From contig CM074817.1 in the NCBI GenBank assembly GCA_037447605.1, positions 1,302,001-1,366,000 on the forward strand: DNA of 64,000 nt, given 5' to 3'. The notes under the pieces are model-generated. The model did no database searches. It was not told the origin of the DNA and worked only from the letters and a program-made list of their open reading frames with translations. Positions 29,075 to 42,031 of the stretch are shown here, one piece after another. This DNA is from Zygnema circumcarinatum SAG 698-1b. Taxonomy: Eukaryota; Plantae; Zygnematophyceae. The position numbers and the translations under genes are program-made. Every line of letters starts with the position of its first letter. The stretch's first letter is position 1.

Positions 29075-30643
29075 GCTGCCACGGCAACTGCAGATACAGG
29101 AACGGCAACCTCAGTCGAGAGTCAATCTGTGGTTCCAAAAAAAGTCTTTGTCGCCGGAGCTACCGGCAACACCGGAAAACGAATCGTGAATCAGTTGCTG
29201 CAGAAGGGAATTAAAGTCAGAGCGGGAGTCCGCAGCTTAGAGAAGGCTAAGCAAACATTTCCATCCACTGAAAACCTGGAATTTGTGCGTCTCCTTTGAT
29301 GCCCTTACTCTTCCTTGTTTGGTGCTTTCACATCTTTTATAAGCCGCAGGCTAACCCCTTGTCAATGATTGACAAGCTTTTTCTTTTATGGAAAGTATAG
29401 CAACTACAAGGGATACTTTGAACGTTTCGGGTCCCTAACTCTTTGGACTGGATTGGTTATGCAGGTTGAAGCTGATGTAACGGAAGGGGCAGAGAAGCTG
29501 AAAGGAGCTTTAGGTGATGCAGAGGCTGCAATTTGTGCCACGGGCTTCTCCCCTGGATGGGATCTCACAACAGCATGGAGAGTAAGCTTCTTTAACAGTG
29601 CCTTTTCCCTGTAATGCATCGTAACTGCCTTTGTCTTTTTGCCATTTGTATTTCTCTCCTCTTGCACAATCTTGAAAACGCAGTTATATGCTCTGTGTTG
29701 GCAGGTGGACAACTACGGAACTACGGCGCTGGTGGATGCCTGCCTGGCAAAGGGAATCACACGCTTTGTTTTAGTTAGTTCTCTTTTGACAAATGGCGCT
29801 GCCTGGGGTCAATATTTCAACCCAGGTTATGTGATTCTTAACCTTTTTGGTCTCGTACTTATAGCAAAGCTGCAGGCAGAGCGCTACATTCAGCGCTCAG
29901 GAATCAATTACACAATCGTTCGGCCGGGGGGACTTCGGAACGATGCGCCGTCAGGGAAGCTTGTAATGAGCGCTGAGGTATGGCTTCGATTTTGGAGTTT
30001 CAGTTTTGTTCATGGTATTAAGGTCCTTTTAAGGCAGAGTCTTATCAGGCAAAAAATAGAAGCTTTAATCACAACTGAACCAGATTCGTGTCTTTCGGAA
30101 TTCTTGGTGTTAGAATCTTATTGAAAGGGCATTTTCTTGTCAGGAGTGGTTAGTTTAGGGGAACAAGGACTGGTGTCACACAATTATTCCACATCCCTCT
30201 CTCTCTGTCGTTCAGACATTGTCTCTCGTCTCGTTCTCTTTCTCTCTCTCTCTCGCTATCCTCCCTCTCCCCCTCACTCCCACCCCTTTCTCTCTCCCTC
30301 AGTATTGGTAACCATCCTCTACGGCCTATGAGAACAGCCCCCTACTTTCCATGATTTCTTAAGCACTGATTGCTGTTAGTAATATGCCTTTCCTCCTTGT
30401 ACCAATGCCACCTTCCCCCATAGCTGGTCCTGCTCTCCTCTGCTCTCAGCTGACCCTTGGGCTGAGCGAGGCTCCATGCAGGATACTTTGTCCAAAGGAT
30501 CCATCTCCCGAGACCTTGTAGCCGAAGTCGCTGTGCAATCGCTCTTCTATCCCGAGGCAAGCTACAAGATTGCTGAGATTGTAGAAAGCCCAGACGCAGC
30601 TGAGAAGCCCCTCAAAGAGTCCTTCGCCGCTCTGCCATCATAG
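29075..30643 (+). CDS. Chloroplast NAD(P)-binding Rossmann-fold protein (At2g34460-like atypical SDR); exons 29075-29284, 29465-29581, 29705-29977, 30482-30643; N-terminal transit exon(s) lie upstream and are unresolved (candidate ATG 27895)
   Basis: Motifs KKVFVAGATGNTGKRIV, VDNYGT, FVLVSSLLTNGAAWGQ, KLQAERYIQRSGINYTIVRPGGL and GSISRDLVAEVAV. Confidence 0.9.
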
Positions 30644-31716
30644 GTTTGGAGAGCATGCAGCTCCTGCAGAGACTGCGTTCTGTTAAATGGTTCATATGAA
30701 AGACAATTTTGATGTACGAATCTCAGTCTTGAGGGTGAGTTTTTTGTAAGATTTCGAAGAGCTGTCTATAATTCAGAACTTTTCTTTTTCAATTTCTGTT
30801 GTGTGAGGACTGACACCAACATAGGCTGATTTAGCGGTATCGTCTTGCGGAGACCTGCCAATGATGATATCAACGGGTTTATGTAGGCCGGTTATTTTCA
30901 TCTAATGACATTCCAAACCTAGACTCAGACCCAGACCCTGTGATTGATCCTGTGAACCCTGAAGTTTGTTTTTGCCAGCGTCCAGATAGTTCATTGCATT
31001 TCTGTTCAGCATCAGCCATAAGCACAATGGGCAGTGCCTGCTCTCACTGCCACTTCACAAACCGCAGCAGCCTAGATATATCGCCAGACGAGCAGCAGCA
31101 CAAGGATATTTGCAATAGCGCCTACAAACAAGATGGGATTTTGGTTTGTTCTCAATCTGCGAAAACTTTGTATGCTATCTATGTTGCCTTAGGTTCTCTA
31201 AACTATGGGGTTGTCAAAAGACAACAGCTACTGCTAGAATAATTCAGAGCACAGTCACTGATTCCAACGGCATTCACACAAGACAGACAAAGAGAGAAGC
31301 AATATTTTGCAATCGAAAGCTCAAAAGCATCAATTGAAGCCAAACATTTTTAGAATAGGCGCGGCTTACACATCTCAAAAGGGGTCCTTCACATTTTGCC
31401 ACAACATGGCTGCTGGTGAAGGAATGGATTTGCGGTTTAAGGAATAATATCAATTAAGGCTCCGCTAATTGTAGGAACTTGCCTACATGCCTCTGACATC
31501 CGATAATGCGTATATGAACAACCAGTATGCAAACTTGCCAGATTCAAACTGGCCTGACCTGCCAGAATTTACATGCCAGAAAGGTTTGCAACAGACAAAA
31601 GTTAAGTACATCGTTTGTTGCAGAACAGCCCTGGTCTACACTGTTCTGATGGAACTACAAGGTTTGGTGGACCGCTGTGCAAGAGCATACAGCAGAATTT
31701 AAGGAGTATTCACATT

Positions 31717-32320
31717 CTAATTGCTGGTGAATTTCGTCACTGCTTTCGTGCCTTCGGACACTGCATGCTTTGCCAACTCTCCTGGCAATGTCAACCGAAC
31801 AGCTGTTTGAATCTCTCGAGAAGTGATAGTTGGCTTCTTGTTGTATCGCGCCAACCGAGCAGCCTCAGAAGCAAGCTTCTCAAAAATATCATTGATGAAA
31901 GAGTTCATGATTGACATGGCCTTGGAAGAAATTCCTGTATCAGGATGCACCTGCAGAAATGAAGAAAGCGAGTGTTATAGCACAATCATCCAACGTGGAG
32001 TTGCTGGAAAGTAATGCAGAAAATGAGACATCAGAATTGAGCCTACAGAGGAAAAGTAATAACGGATAAGCTGCACTTCGGTAACAAACCCATCCCCATG
32101 TCTGCATGAAAAAATAACTCACGCATACCTGCTTCAGCACTTTGTAGATGTATATCTTGTAGCTCTCATTGGACTTCTTTGTTCCCTTTTTCTTCTTCTT
32201 CGCTGCCGGATCCTTTGGCTTCTTCTCTGCGACTGGCGCAGCAGAAGCTGGCTTCTTTCCCGCTACCTTCTTCTCAGCCTTGCTCTTCCCAGCCTTCTGC
32301 TCATCACTCTTTGGAGCCAT
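31717..32320 (-). CDS. H2B: Histone H2B (copy 2), 141 aa, 2 exons (32320-32129, 31950-31717)
   Basis: Same intron position (VLKQ|VHPD) as copy 1. The N-terminal tail differs by indels, and the core ends ...KAVTKFTSN*. Confidence 0.99.
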
Positions 32321-32587
32321 AGCTATCAAATGTTATTCACGAAAACCCTCCCTCGCTCGATACCGCTCAAAAATTTCTAAGCAGCTCTGTCAATAGCAAC
32401 TTCAAGCAAATACCCCCGAAGAGCAATACAAGGTATGCCGACTGCGATCAACAGACAGCTGCTCTCCTCGCTTCCTACACAAAGCCAACCAAAAGTTTCC
32501 TGCCGACCTTCCAACAAATGAAACGCCTCCTCGTCCCTTTCTCTGTACTTCAACCTTTTCGTCAATTTGCTGCTGAATGCTCTCCCG

Positions 32588-32703
32588 ACCAATGAACAGC
32601 GTCCATTTTCATACCGCGGATCCAAACTTTCTCCTCTCAGAGCCGTCCGATTACGCCTGAATTCTGTCTCGCTGACCGTCCGATCCTGTGAAACACATGC
32701 GCA
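32588..32703 (+). promoter_or_regulatory. Histone promoter module 2: ACCAATGA-N19-CGCGGATC followed by two CCGTCCGAT boxes
   Basis: ACCAATGA at 32588-32595, CGCGGATC at 32615-32622, GCCGTCCGATT at about 32643 and ACCGTCCGATC at about 32676. Confidence 0.8.
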
Positions 32704-32986
32704 TCATCAAATTGAAGGGACGACATCAGCAACATAACTTTGCCAACGTTACATCATTTGTTTTCTATAGCGGGCGACGCTATGTAGAGTCCGTGTGCAC
32801 CGCCAACATACGCAAGAGCTACATCACAAATTGGAGGGAGCCATCCTATAAAAGGCAAAAAATTCCACTTGTGAAAGTGAAGAGTCTTTCTTGTCTTTCT
32901 TGTTGCGAATTTTATTTTGCCATTTTTGAGTCTGTGGGCTTTCTTGGAGGAAGGAGGGATATACATTGCCCTCAGGGAGATTTTAG

Positions 32987-33455
<469 letters not shown>

Positions 33456-34152
33456 ACTATGTAAACTTACAAAAAAAGCAACGCTTGCCTTATGTAGTGC
33501 TGGTGGCTGGCCTTATGATGACCCCAGCTGCATTGTCCACCTGCTGATGTAAATTTTCTGCGGAAGTTAAGCATAGGACTGGATGCATCAAGCTCCACTT
33601 GTAAATTTTTCCTCGGGGCTTGCACCTCTTGTGCTGACAACAGCAGTTTAGTGGAGTTTTGACGAGGACCCGACCAGGGCCCTTACTCTTCGGGCAGGCA
33701 ATGTACTTCTCCTATGAAGGACTTTAGCCTGAAATGTTCGATAAATCTTTTGTGCGGTTCCTTTTTCTGTTTACACTGCCAAATATGAGTTGCGTTTGGA
33801 TTGCCATACGGTATGGCTTGTTTGTATCCGAGTTTTGTTTGAAGAGAGGGAGTTCTCAGCTACTCCCTTCCCAAAACACTTCCCATGCAGTCCGAAACTT
33901 ACCCCTGTGGTTCAACAATGTTTTCTTCTGTATCTTTTTGTAAGGCAACATTGCCATGTTTTTAGAGTTCCATTCACCTAGTTTCGGTCGACATAATGGA
34001 TCTAAAAACCTCAAATCCAATCAGAAGGGATTGAAGAGAAACCTTAATCAACTCGCTCTTGAAGGGCTCCGTTTCATATTTGACTTCTGCTTATTCTCAA
34101 GTCCCTCCCTTTCAAAAAGAGTGTGAGAGGCACAATGTGTGTGGAGAGAGAA

Positions 34153-34184
<32 letters not shown>

Positions 34185-34194
34185 NNNNNNNNNN
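34153..34194. other. Poly-G run ending in a 10-N assembly gap (34185-34194)
   Basis: Read directly. Confidence 0.99.
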
Positions 34195-34738
34195 GGGAGA
34201 GGGGGTTGACGGAAAGATGGTTTAACAGCTGCTATCTCCCAATACCTCAAAAGTAGTCAAAAAGAAAGAACATACACCAATAATACCTCTCTCAACTTAG
34301 CCCCCATTGCATAACGAGTCCAGTCCAGAAAAGCTACTAAAGTTAGCGGCCTCAAAGGCCAAAGTTCCATTATTCGAGGGCAACCTCAAATGTATTTAAC
34401 AAGTCAATAACAGCTAAGGCCTACCACAGATCGCTAAACAATGACTGGCTGCAATAGCAGCCCTACAAATGCCTCTAATAGACAAGACAAGAAAATGCAA
34501 TACTTTCTTCAGGCGTCGTCTGCTGCCTTCCCGAGAGTGATACAAAATTCTTTCCGCCTGAAGCTCCACCAAATGTAAAGCCTAAAATCTACGCTGCAGT
34601 ATAAATTCCAAAGGTGCCACATAACAATGAAAGACAATCTCTGTGTTTTGAAGTGCTTCAGCTACAATCTGACAGGAGCACAAATCGACAGCTCATATGT
34701 ACGTGCCAAGGAAATGGCAAGAGAGGGAGGGAGGGGCC

Positions 34739-37700
34739 CTACACACAGGGCATGTGAAGGAGGTGGTCTTCCTGAGAGATCCTGCTCTCTTTCTGGCAAG
34801 TGCCTGTGGCGGTGCCATGAGGGACTGCTGCAGTGACTCCCGCTGTAGTCAGAGCAGACCCATCGAACAAATCTCCTTCCCCTGAGGCATCAAGATGTTG
34901 TACAACACCCCTGGAAGCAGAAGCAGGAGCTCGTACATCGGAATGAAGCGAAACCATTTTGCCCCCCAATTCTTGCTCATTGGCCCACCCTCTTTTTCCT
35001 GAGGATCTGTCCCGAGCCCTCTCAGTGCGGTCCCATTTCACATCCACACGGACTCGGGCAGCTGAAGAAGTTTCAGAGGCAGCTGGGGGAAGGCTGCTGA
35101 CAGCATCCTGCTCCATCTGTTCAGGTGCAGGCAGAGCCTCCGACATTCTTGCATCTGAGGACAACTGATGACTGTGCTTCCTGGAAGCTGACACGCCATT
35201 CCCTGCCATTGGAGGAGACGCAATTCGAGGACGACCTCTTGTTCGATGAGATCTATTGAGACAGGGAACAGAATCAGAGGGAGCAGATGAATGCTTCTGT
35301 ACTGAAGTGCCGGTCTCCTTAACTCGACTATGGTTTGTGATAGAACCATGGCTAGAGGTAGGGACATGGGCAGAGGGATGAGACTCCGGGGAGGGAGTAT
35401 GTGAAGGAGGAGGTGTTTGTCTGCTTCCGTCGCTGGATGGACCAGAAGGGTTAGGGTTAACAGGCATGGGTACGGTCGAAAAAGTAGTGCTGCAGAGACT
35501 AGTCTGCCCATAATCTGTGGTTGCACACTCCGGATGGTTGATCAGATTGTCCATGCCCTCGTAGTCAAGAGTCGGTTCCGGCACCAACGAATGCATTCCT
35601 GAATAGCCCCAATAGTATTCGGCTGCAGGGGGCTGTAAATAGCTGGGCATGGGGGGCATTCCATAAGGCATTAGGGGCACAGGTTGCGGATGCACCCGAG
35701 TGAGTCCCCTATTTGAGCCAGGAATGTATAGTGGCATTTCATGATACCGTGAATAATCTTGTGATGGGCAAGGGGCTCCCGAGAAGAGGTCCATGGGGTC
35801 AAACATAGAGTTAGAACGCAGTTCTTGCGACTGTTCTCCATCGTCATCGCTACATGCTGAACCTGTACAGCTCTCACACCTTCGAGGACGCTCCGTGTCT
35901 GCACAGGAATAGGAGAAGGAGCAGAGATATCAGTAGGCAGTGAGAGCGCGTTCTCATGTGCTAGCTACTTTCTTCACAGGAGCTAGTTTATCCTGCAATA
36001 CTTCGATTCGAAAGGAAATGAACTAGCGAAGTGCTGAAAGAGACAGAAAATCGAAATGCATACATAGTGAAGGCGAGCAAGCAGCATATGGCTGCATTCC
36101 GTCCATTGGAACACAGGCCTCCATCTGAGCGATGTGCTGGCAAGAGTAAGGGTATCCTTCATCCGTCATAGACGAACTTGTGCTCAGGCCATGACTGACA
36201 CTTCTGCATGGTCCACCAGGGTAGCCATAACCAAACTGTAAACAAAACACAGAGGAGACGAACAACGGCGAACATAAGAACAACCCAGAAGCATAAGAAA
36301 TTTCAGCACGAGCAGTTCTGTTCGTCTCCTAGAAATTAATCCTAAAGTAAAATTCTGTCAGTCACAAAAAAGCAATAATAATAACTGTCAAACATGGCTG
36401 ATGCAAAGCAGCATAATTATGCCTATTGCGAAAGCTGGAAATTAAGACCGGACGCCACCAATGATCATGAGTGAAACCCACGCTGACCTCATCATACGGA
36501 TCATAATGAGTGTTCGAAGAATAATGGCTGTAATGACTGGGTTCATAATGCCTTGATTGATGTTGATACAGACAGCCATCTCCAACTGACGTGTGAGCGT
36601 AAGGGTGTGGAAGAGACGGTGGCGGTTCACTATGAGATGGAGCGATGGGGGGAGGAGTTGAGCTTTGATCAACATGAGTAGGACGGGTGAGTGAGCTCTC
36701 TACCAGGGCACGCAATCGCGGATCACTCTCTATCAAATTCTGAAAGGGCTTGTTTAAAGCGCCATTGGGAAAGGTGAGCAAATGGCGTCTGCAAATAATC
36801 AGTGCCGGAATGTCAAAAAGCTTCCCTTCCACGAAAAGCGCACTGCAAAAAAGACTGAGTTTGTGTGCCGACAATTACCTGCAAGTGCTCGCCTGACCCT
36901 CAGTGAAATCTGACGCTGCTTGCCATAGCGTGTGCTTCTTTGGCTGCGGATTTGTCTCCTCAAAAAACAGCGGTGGCCTCATGAGCTGCAATAACACATT
37001 TGGAGTACAAACAAGTTTCATCAACTACTCCCAGGTACATACACCGATTCTCACAGGAAGACAAACCAAAGCTGAAAAATTAACGACAAACAATGATGCT
37101 GTCACAATACAACAGTAGATCACATGACTTGTCAACCAGTTTCAGGAAAATTGCATGACAACTTTGCCGACGGAAGAGCTCTGCAAATTGATAGACATCC
37201 TCTCTAGTTAAGAAGAAAATAGCTTGCCGATTGCGCACCTCAATCTCTAGCGTTGCTGGCGAGTCTTGGGGAAAAGCGGCCCTCAAGGCGGAGATGTCAC
37301 CCCATTGGACTTCAATTTTGGTCTTCAAACCGTTCTCCAGCACTTCCCAGACTAGCTTCCGTTTGGCATAGTAGCACTTAGCAACGAGCTCTCCCTCAAA
37401 CCTCGATGTTTTCTGCAGCAGGTGACAAGCAAACCACTGAGCAAAAGCCCTCCTCCTGCACACTGTAGTGTAAATATAGGGATATCTAGTCACCTACCGA
37501 ACATGAAAAAGGTGAAGGCAGATACTCCGTAAAATAGCAATGACAGTGACAGGAGGACCATTCACGAAATCCCCAAAGCTCACCTCCCAAGAGCCAATCT
37601 TGATGCTGCTGCAATGAAAGTTGGAAGCCTTCTTTTTATCATGCCCCTGTCCACAGAAGCTGTAAGTGGAGATTCGTGATTTGCGAGAAAAATGTCCACC

Positions 37701-38093
37701 AGACACTATTTGGCTCAAAAGCGCACCTTCGTTTCCAGGTGCAGATAAACTGCCCAACTTATTTGAGTTCTCTGCAGTTGCATCGTTAGGGTCATCCACC
37801 ATTGCTGTGTCACTACCTTCCCCTTCCAGTTCTTCCATAGGAACTAGTGCCCGCCCGTGGCCCGACTCTTGAGAAAGCTTTGATGAAATGAGCTCCAAAA
37901 GGGATGGAGTTTTCCGTAATGTCAGGCCCAAGGGGCTTGGTTCATCGAGAGGGTTGTCATGGATAGGTGGCAGGTAAGTATAGTTGGGTGGGTCGTGATA
38001 CCACGAAAGACTATCTGGGCCAGACTCATAAGCAGGAGCTGATATTGCGGAGCAAAACATTGCTGGAGACGAAGGAATAATAGCGGTCGTCAT
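34739..38093 (-). CDS. At2g24100/ASG1-like protein (TRF2/HOY1-type PH-like domain) with a long low-complexity C-terminus; 6 coding exons from 38093-37584 to a final exon ending at 34739
   Basis: Recalled family motifs EPSPLGLTLRKTPSLLELI, KASNF...IGSWE, RFEGELVAKCYYAKRKLVWEVLENGLKTKIEVQWGDI and PLFFEETNPQPKKHTLWQAASDFTEGQAS. The exons join in frame. The start codon is tentative. Confidence 0.85.
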
Positions 38094-39361
38094 CTTCACA
38101 CTAAGGCTTAGGAATCTCACAGTAACCGATCACGGCTCAACAACTAATTGGTGCTTGCAAATCGATGACATTGCCTGCACAGCCGTTTAAATGACAACTT
38201 CATCAGTCCCTTTGTCTCACATAAGCTAATCTGCTAAACTCTGTTGAACATTATGGTGCCCGGTACCATGTACAATGAACAAGAGGTACTGGACCGGCAG
38301 TTGCTTTGAACAAACAGTTTCAACTTCAACACTAACCAACCTGACTTTCTCAAGGGAATTTGCTATTCCAGTAAAGGGCCATTGGAGGAACATTGAGTAA
38401 TAAATTTCAGATAAATTCAATCCGGTCTATCTTCAGTGTACAAGGAACTGCGCGCTCTGTCCACTGCCAACGACGATGTATTCACACGGCACGGCAGCAG
38501 GCGAGCCCAACAATCTCGGCTGTAGCCTTAGAATGCTTAAATTCCGACCTTTTGCTCGTGGGCTGTTGCTACATTGACTTTACAGAAAACACACTATGGA
38601 TAGCCTATAGTATTCCTCTACTGCGCCTACAGTAGGAAAAGGCAATAGCTTGGCGCTTACTGACGAGTCGCCTGGACCACGTTAAGGCACTGATGCACTG
38701 GCTCAACTAATTCCCAAAGTCACTCAATTCCACTAGGAGTGTTGCGGAATCGATTTTTTTTCTACCATCCTCTGGGGAAATTGATAAATTTTTACCGACG
38801 TCTAAAAAAGGCAAACTTGAGACTCCTTACATGCTTTTGCCTACCGGACTTTGAACTGCATAGTCAAACATGCACTGGTCTCAAATACATAACCAGGGAC
38901 ATGAGCCCGCTTAGAAGCATGAAATTTCTCGACAGTTGTGGCAGAAAGCTTGCAGGAACCACTCACCTACCTTATAAAACGACTATCTAATTCCAATATT
39001 TAATTTCTAGCAGCGGAGGTGCTTCTTAAAATCGAGCATACAGTCACCCACCCAATCCAATTCTCTTCAATCCTACACCAAATTAACAAGCGGATAAAGA
39101 AATCCTCACCTTGTTTTCACCTTGTCCTCAGCAAAACACTAATTTTTGGCAGGAAAATCCCTGCTCCACAATCAACAAAGCTCCTTTCCTGACAAGCCGC
39201 AACTCCTCCCAATTTCTGCACTGACCGGCGCCTCCACCAGGCCACTAACTCCGCCGCACGCAATCCAAATATGCTTCCCTACACAGCCTAAGAGTGTTCT
39301 AGGAAGCCCTGCGTCCTCCTACAGCCTGCAGGAAACCAGAGATATGCAAAAGCGAAAACAA

Positions 39362-39443
39362 GCAGATTACAATATGCAGACAGAGTCCAGATTATAATAT
39401 GCAGATTATAATTTGCATATTATAACATGCAGACTGCAGATTA
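39362..39443 (+). repeat. Degenerate ~14-bp tandem repeat (ATGCAGATTATAAT-like, about 5 units)
   Basis: Read directly. Confidence 0.55.
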
Positions 39444-40987
39444 AAGCCAGCCAGCTTCGACCCTTGGAGGCAGAGGGGGGGACCCCAAGTCCTCAGAGGG
39501 AGCGCTTCAAACTTTCTGCAGCAGAAGGAAGATCTGGCGGTCTGCCAACAGATGCAGGAGCCGAGGGTCCCTCCCAGCCGTCGATTCCGGGTAAGGCTAG
39601 AAATCGACGGCTCTCCTGATACTGAAGCGGGCCTCCCTTATATCTGCAGGAATATCCAAAACGAATATCGCCTCTTGGACATCGCGACGGTCACTGTTGG
39701 AGGGGTGCGACGGCCGGCCGGCGGGAAAGGTTGACGGCCGGTGAAAAATTCTGACCGCGACGGCGGCAAGGTCAGGAATAAGGTGGGAAATGGGCGGTGA
39801 TGGCTGCCGGCCGGCAGGACGCCAACGGCCGGCCGGCAGGAATTGGGCTAGGGGGGACCACAATGACAGAGCTCTTGAAAGAAAAAAAAAGAAAAAAAAA
39901 CGATGGACAGACCGTCGGAGAAAACAACGAAGTACGGTCTTTTGTCGTTAGTTGCGCTTTACTGCTGTACGGAATATTTGGAGCGTCAGGAGACTCAGGA
40001 CGTTTGTCGCTTTCGAGCCTCTACGATGCGATCGGACGGTAGAGATTGAATTCTGTCCTTTCCCTCCTCCCATCCTGACCGTCCAAAAAATTGAAACCAA
40101 GGGCGGCGTGGACATCCCCAAGCGGTTGAGCATCTTCCACGCAAATGGGCGCCGCCGCCACGCAATTCAAAAATTGCGGTAGGTCAAAAATATCGGCAGC
40201 TTTTCTTTTTGGGCTTTCCCGAAATCCAGGACCATATTTCTGGCCGTGCCCGAAAACAATCTCCGCCTCACTAATGCAGCCATCACCGTCAGATCAGCCC
40301 CGGCCATAATCGGCGGCCAGATGGCGCCCTGCCATGCCGCCTTCTCTGCCCGCCAACCAGATTTTTCGGTTTTGAACCAACTCTCAACTCTGGGCGCGGT
40401 CCGTCCACAAAATCTTTCCCCGGATCTCGTCCCATCGCGCGCTCGCGCCAGACCCGGATCGTGCGGTCCGCAAGAGGACGGCGATGGGAGGCGCCGTCCG
40501 GGGAGCGGCGCGGCAGCATGCGGCGCCGCCTCTTTTCCAGTTTGAGACGGGACGGCGCATGGGCATGTACATTGGCATGGGCATGTGCATGTGCAGGGGC
40601 ATGCGCATGCGCATGGCGGCGCACTTGGCAAGGAGTGCCGTTACTCGTACGAGCGCGGTAACGTGGCCCTGATTCCCACGGAGTCAACGGCCGGCCGCGC
40701 TTTATCCAAGTTTGGATATGGAGGTACAGACTGCCGTACGGCAACGGGCAGCGCAGGGCCGTCGTTTCGGGTTCCCCATGGGCGCGCTTGCCAACGTGGC
40801 GTTGACGTGGCTACCACGACGGACGGTTTGTTGGTTTTTCCAATGATGGGCCGTCACGTGGCTGCGAGGATCCGTCTCCCATGTCACGGGCGGTACGGCT
40901 CCCACGCTGGCGCGGTACCACCACCCGCCGTGACGTGACCGGCGCTCGAGGCCAGAGCTGGCAGAGCTCGCCGCCAGTGCCTTATTA

Positions 40988-41191
40988 GGGGCAGTCAGAC
41001 ATTGACCATCGCCAAATCAATTTAGTAAGCCTGTCGGGCGAATTAAGCATTGGCTAGGTACGCATTTTGGTACGGCTGTGTACGGCGGAGCCGCGGATCC
41101 CGACCCGGAATTCGTACACGAAACTTCGACTTTAGTACAGTATACTAAATTCGGGAATTTAGTACGGCCATGGTCAATGTCTGACTCCCCC
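40988..41191. mobile_element. MITE, 204 bp, ~22-bp TIRs, flanked by TA on both sides
   Basis: Left TA|GGGGCAGTCAGACATTGACCAT; right ATGGTCAATGTCTGACTCCCCC|TA. The internal sequence recurs at 57564-57763. Confidence 0.88.
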
Positions 41192-42031
41192 TATGGCCGG
41201 CGTCCATGGAGAGCCGGGCGGGGAGCTGTAGCTGGCCCTTCAGTAGTGGCGGCGGTTATTCTTCCAGCTTTCCTTTCGTAGCTCAATTCAAGACTGAGTG
41301 GAAAGCGGAGTTCTGAAGGAACGCGCCTCGCGTCAATTAACTCTCACACGTGCCAATTCCACCACTTGCCACGGCGGGTTCGAGCTAGCTGTTGAGGGAT
41401 CAACTACCAGTCCCAGGCTCCCGGCCGATCAACATTGTCCGTACCGTGCGGTATTGATACCGATATAAATCGATATCGATACCATAAAGTATCGTGCCGT
41501 ACCGCCAAACCCTCGGGTTGGGAAAGTCACGTGCGGTTGAGCGTGTGGGGGTGTGGGGGGGGGTCGTCGGAATGACTTTGGGCGGATGTTAGTACCGTAT
41601 GGCGCTACATACGGTTAGTCTTACTTAGGGTTTTGGGGTTTTTAGGGTTTCAATCAGGGTTTTAGGCCTCTTGTATGCATGTGTGGCATTGCGTGCCCGG
41701 GCTGTAAGGATGCGTGCAGAGTGTGGCATCATGAGAGTATGAAAGTGACCCGACCACGATTCAGCTCCTCTCGCATTTCTGCAACTCGTTAATACAACAT
41801 ACCACCGCGACCCAGGGGCCAAAAATGGCAAGCAATCAGTGAACAGCGATGTACAAATAAATAATGAAAAAGAAAATCGAAAAGCCTTCAAAAGTGTACT
41901 GATCTTTCTCATCGTACATGCTGCACCTAACTAGAAAAACACAGACAAAAATCAGATAGCCTTAGGAAACACTACGTCCTCTATTTCTCATGGGGGGGAA
42001 AGACCGACATAGTCAGAAGTAAAGCTCAAAA

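Noticed and set aside
34153-34194. Long G-runs (also 53941-53992) as biological G-quadruplex loci
   Set aside because: Both abut N gaps, so their length and sequence are unreliable.
39500-40950. GC-rich ORFs of 100-154 aa upstream of the At2g24100-like gene
   Set aside because: Overlapping ORFs in several frames driven by GC content and GCATG/GGCC repeats, with no protein motif. The region is probably regulatory or TE-derived.
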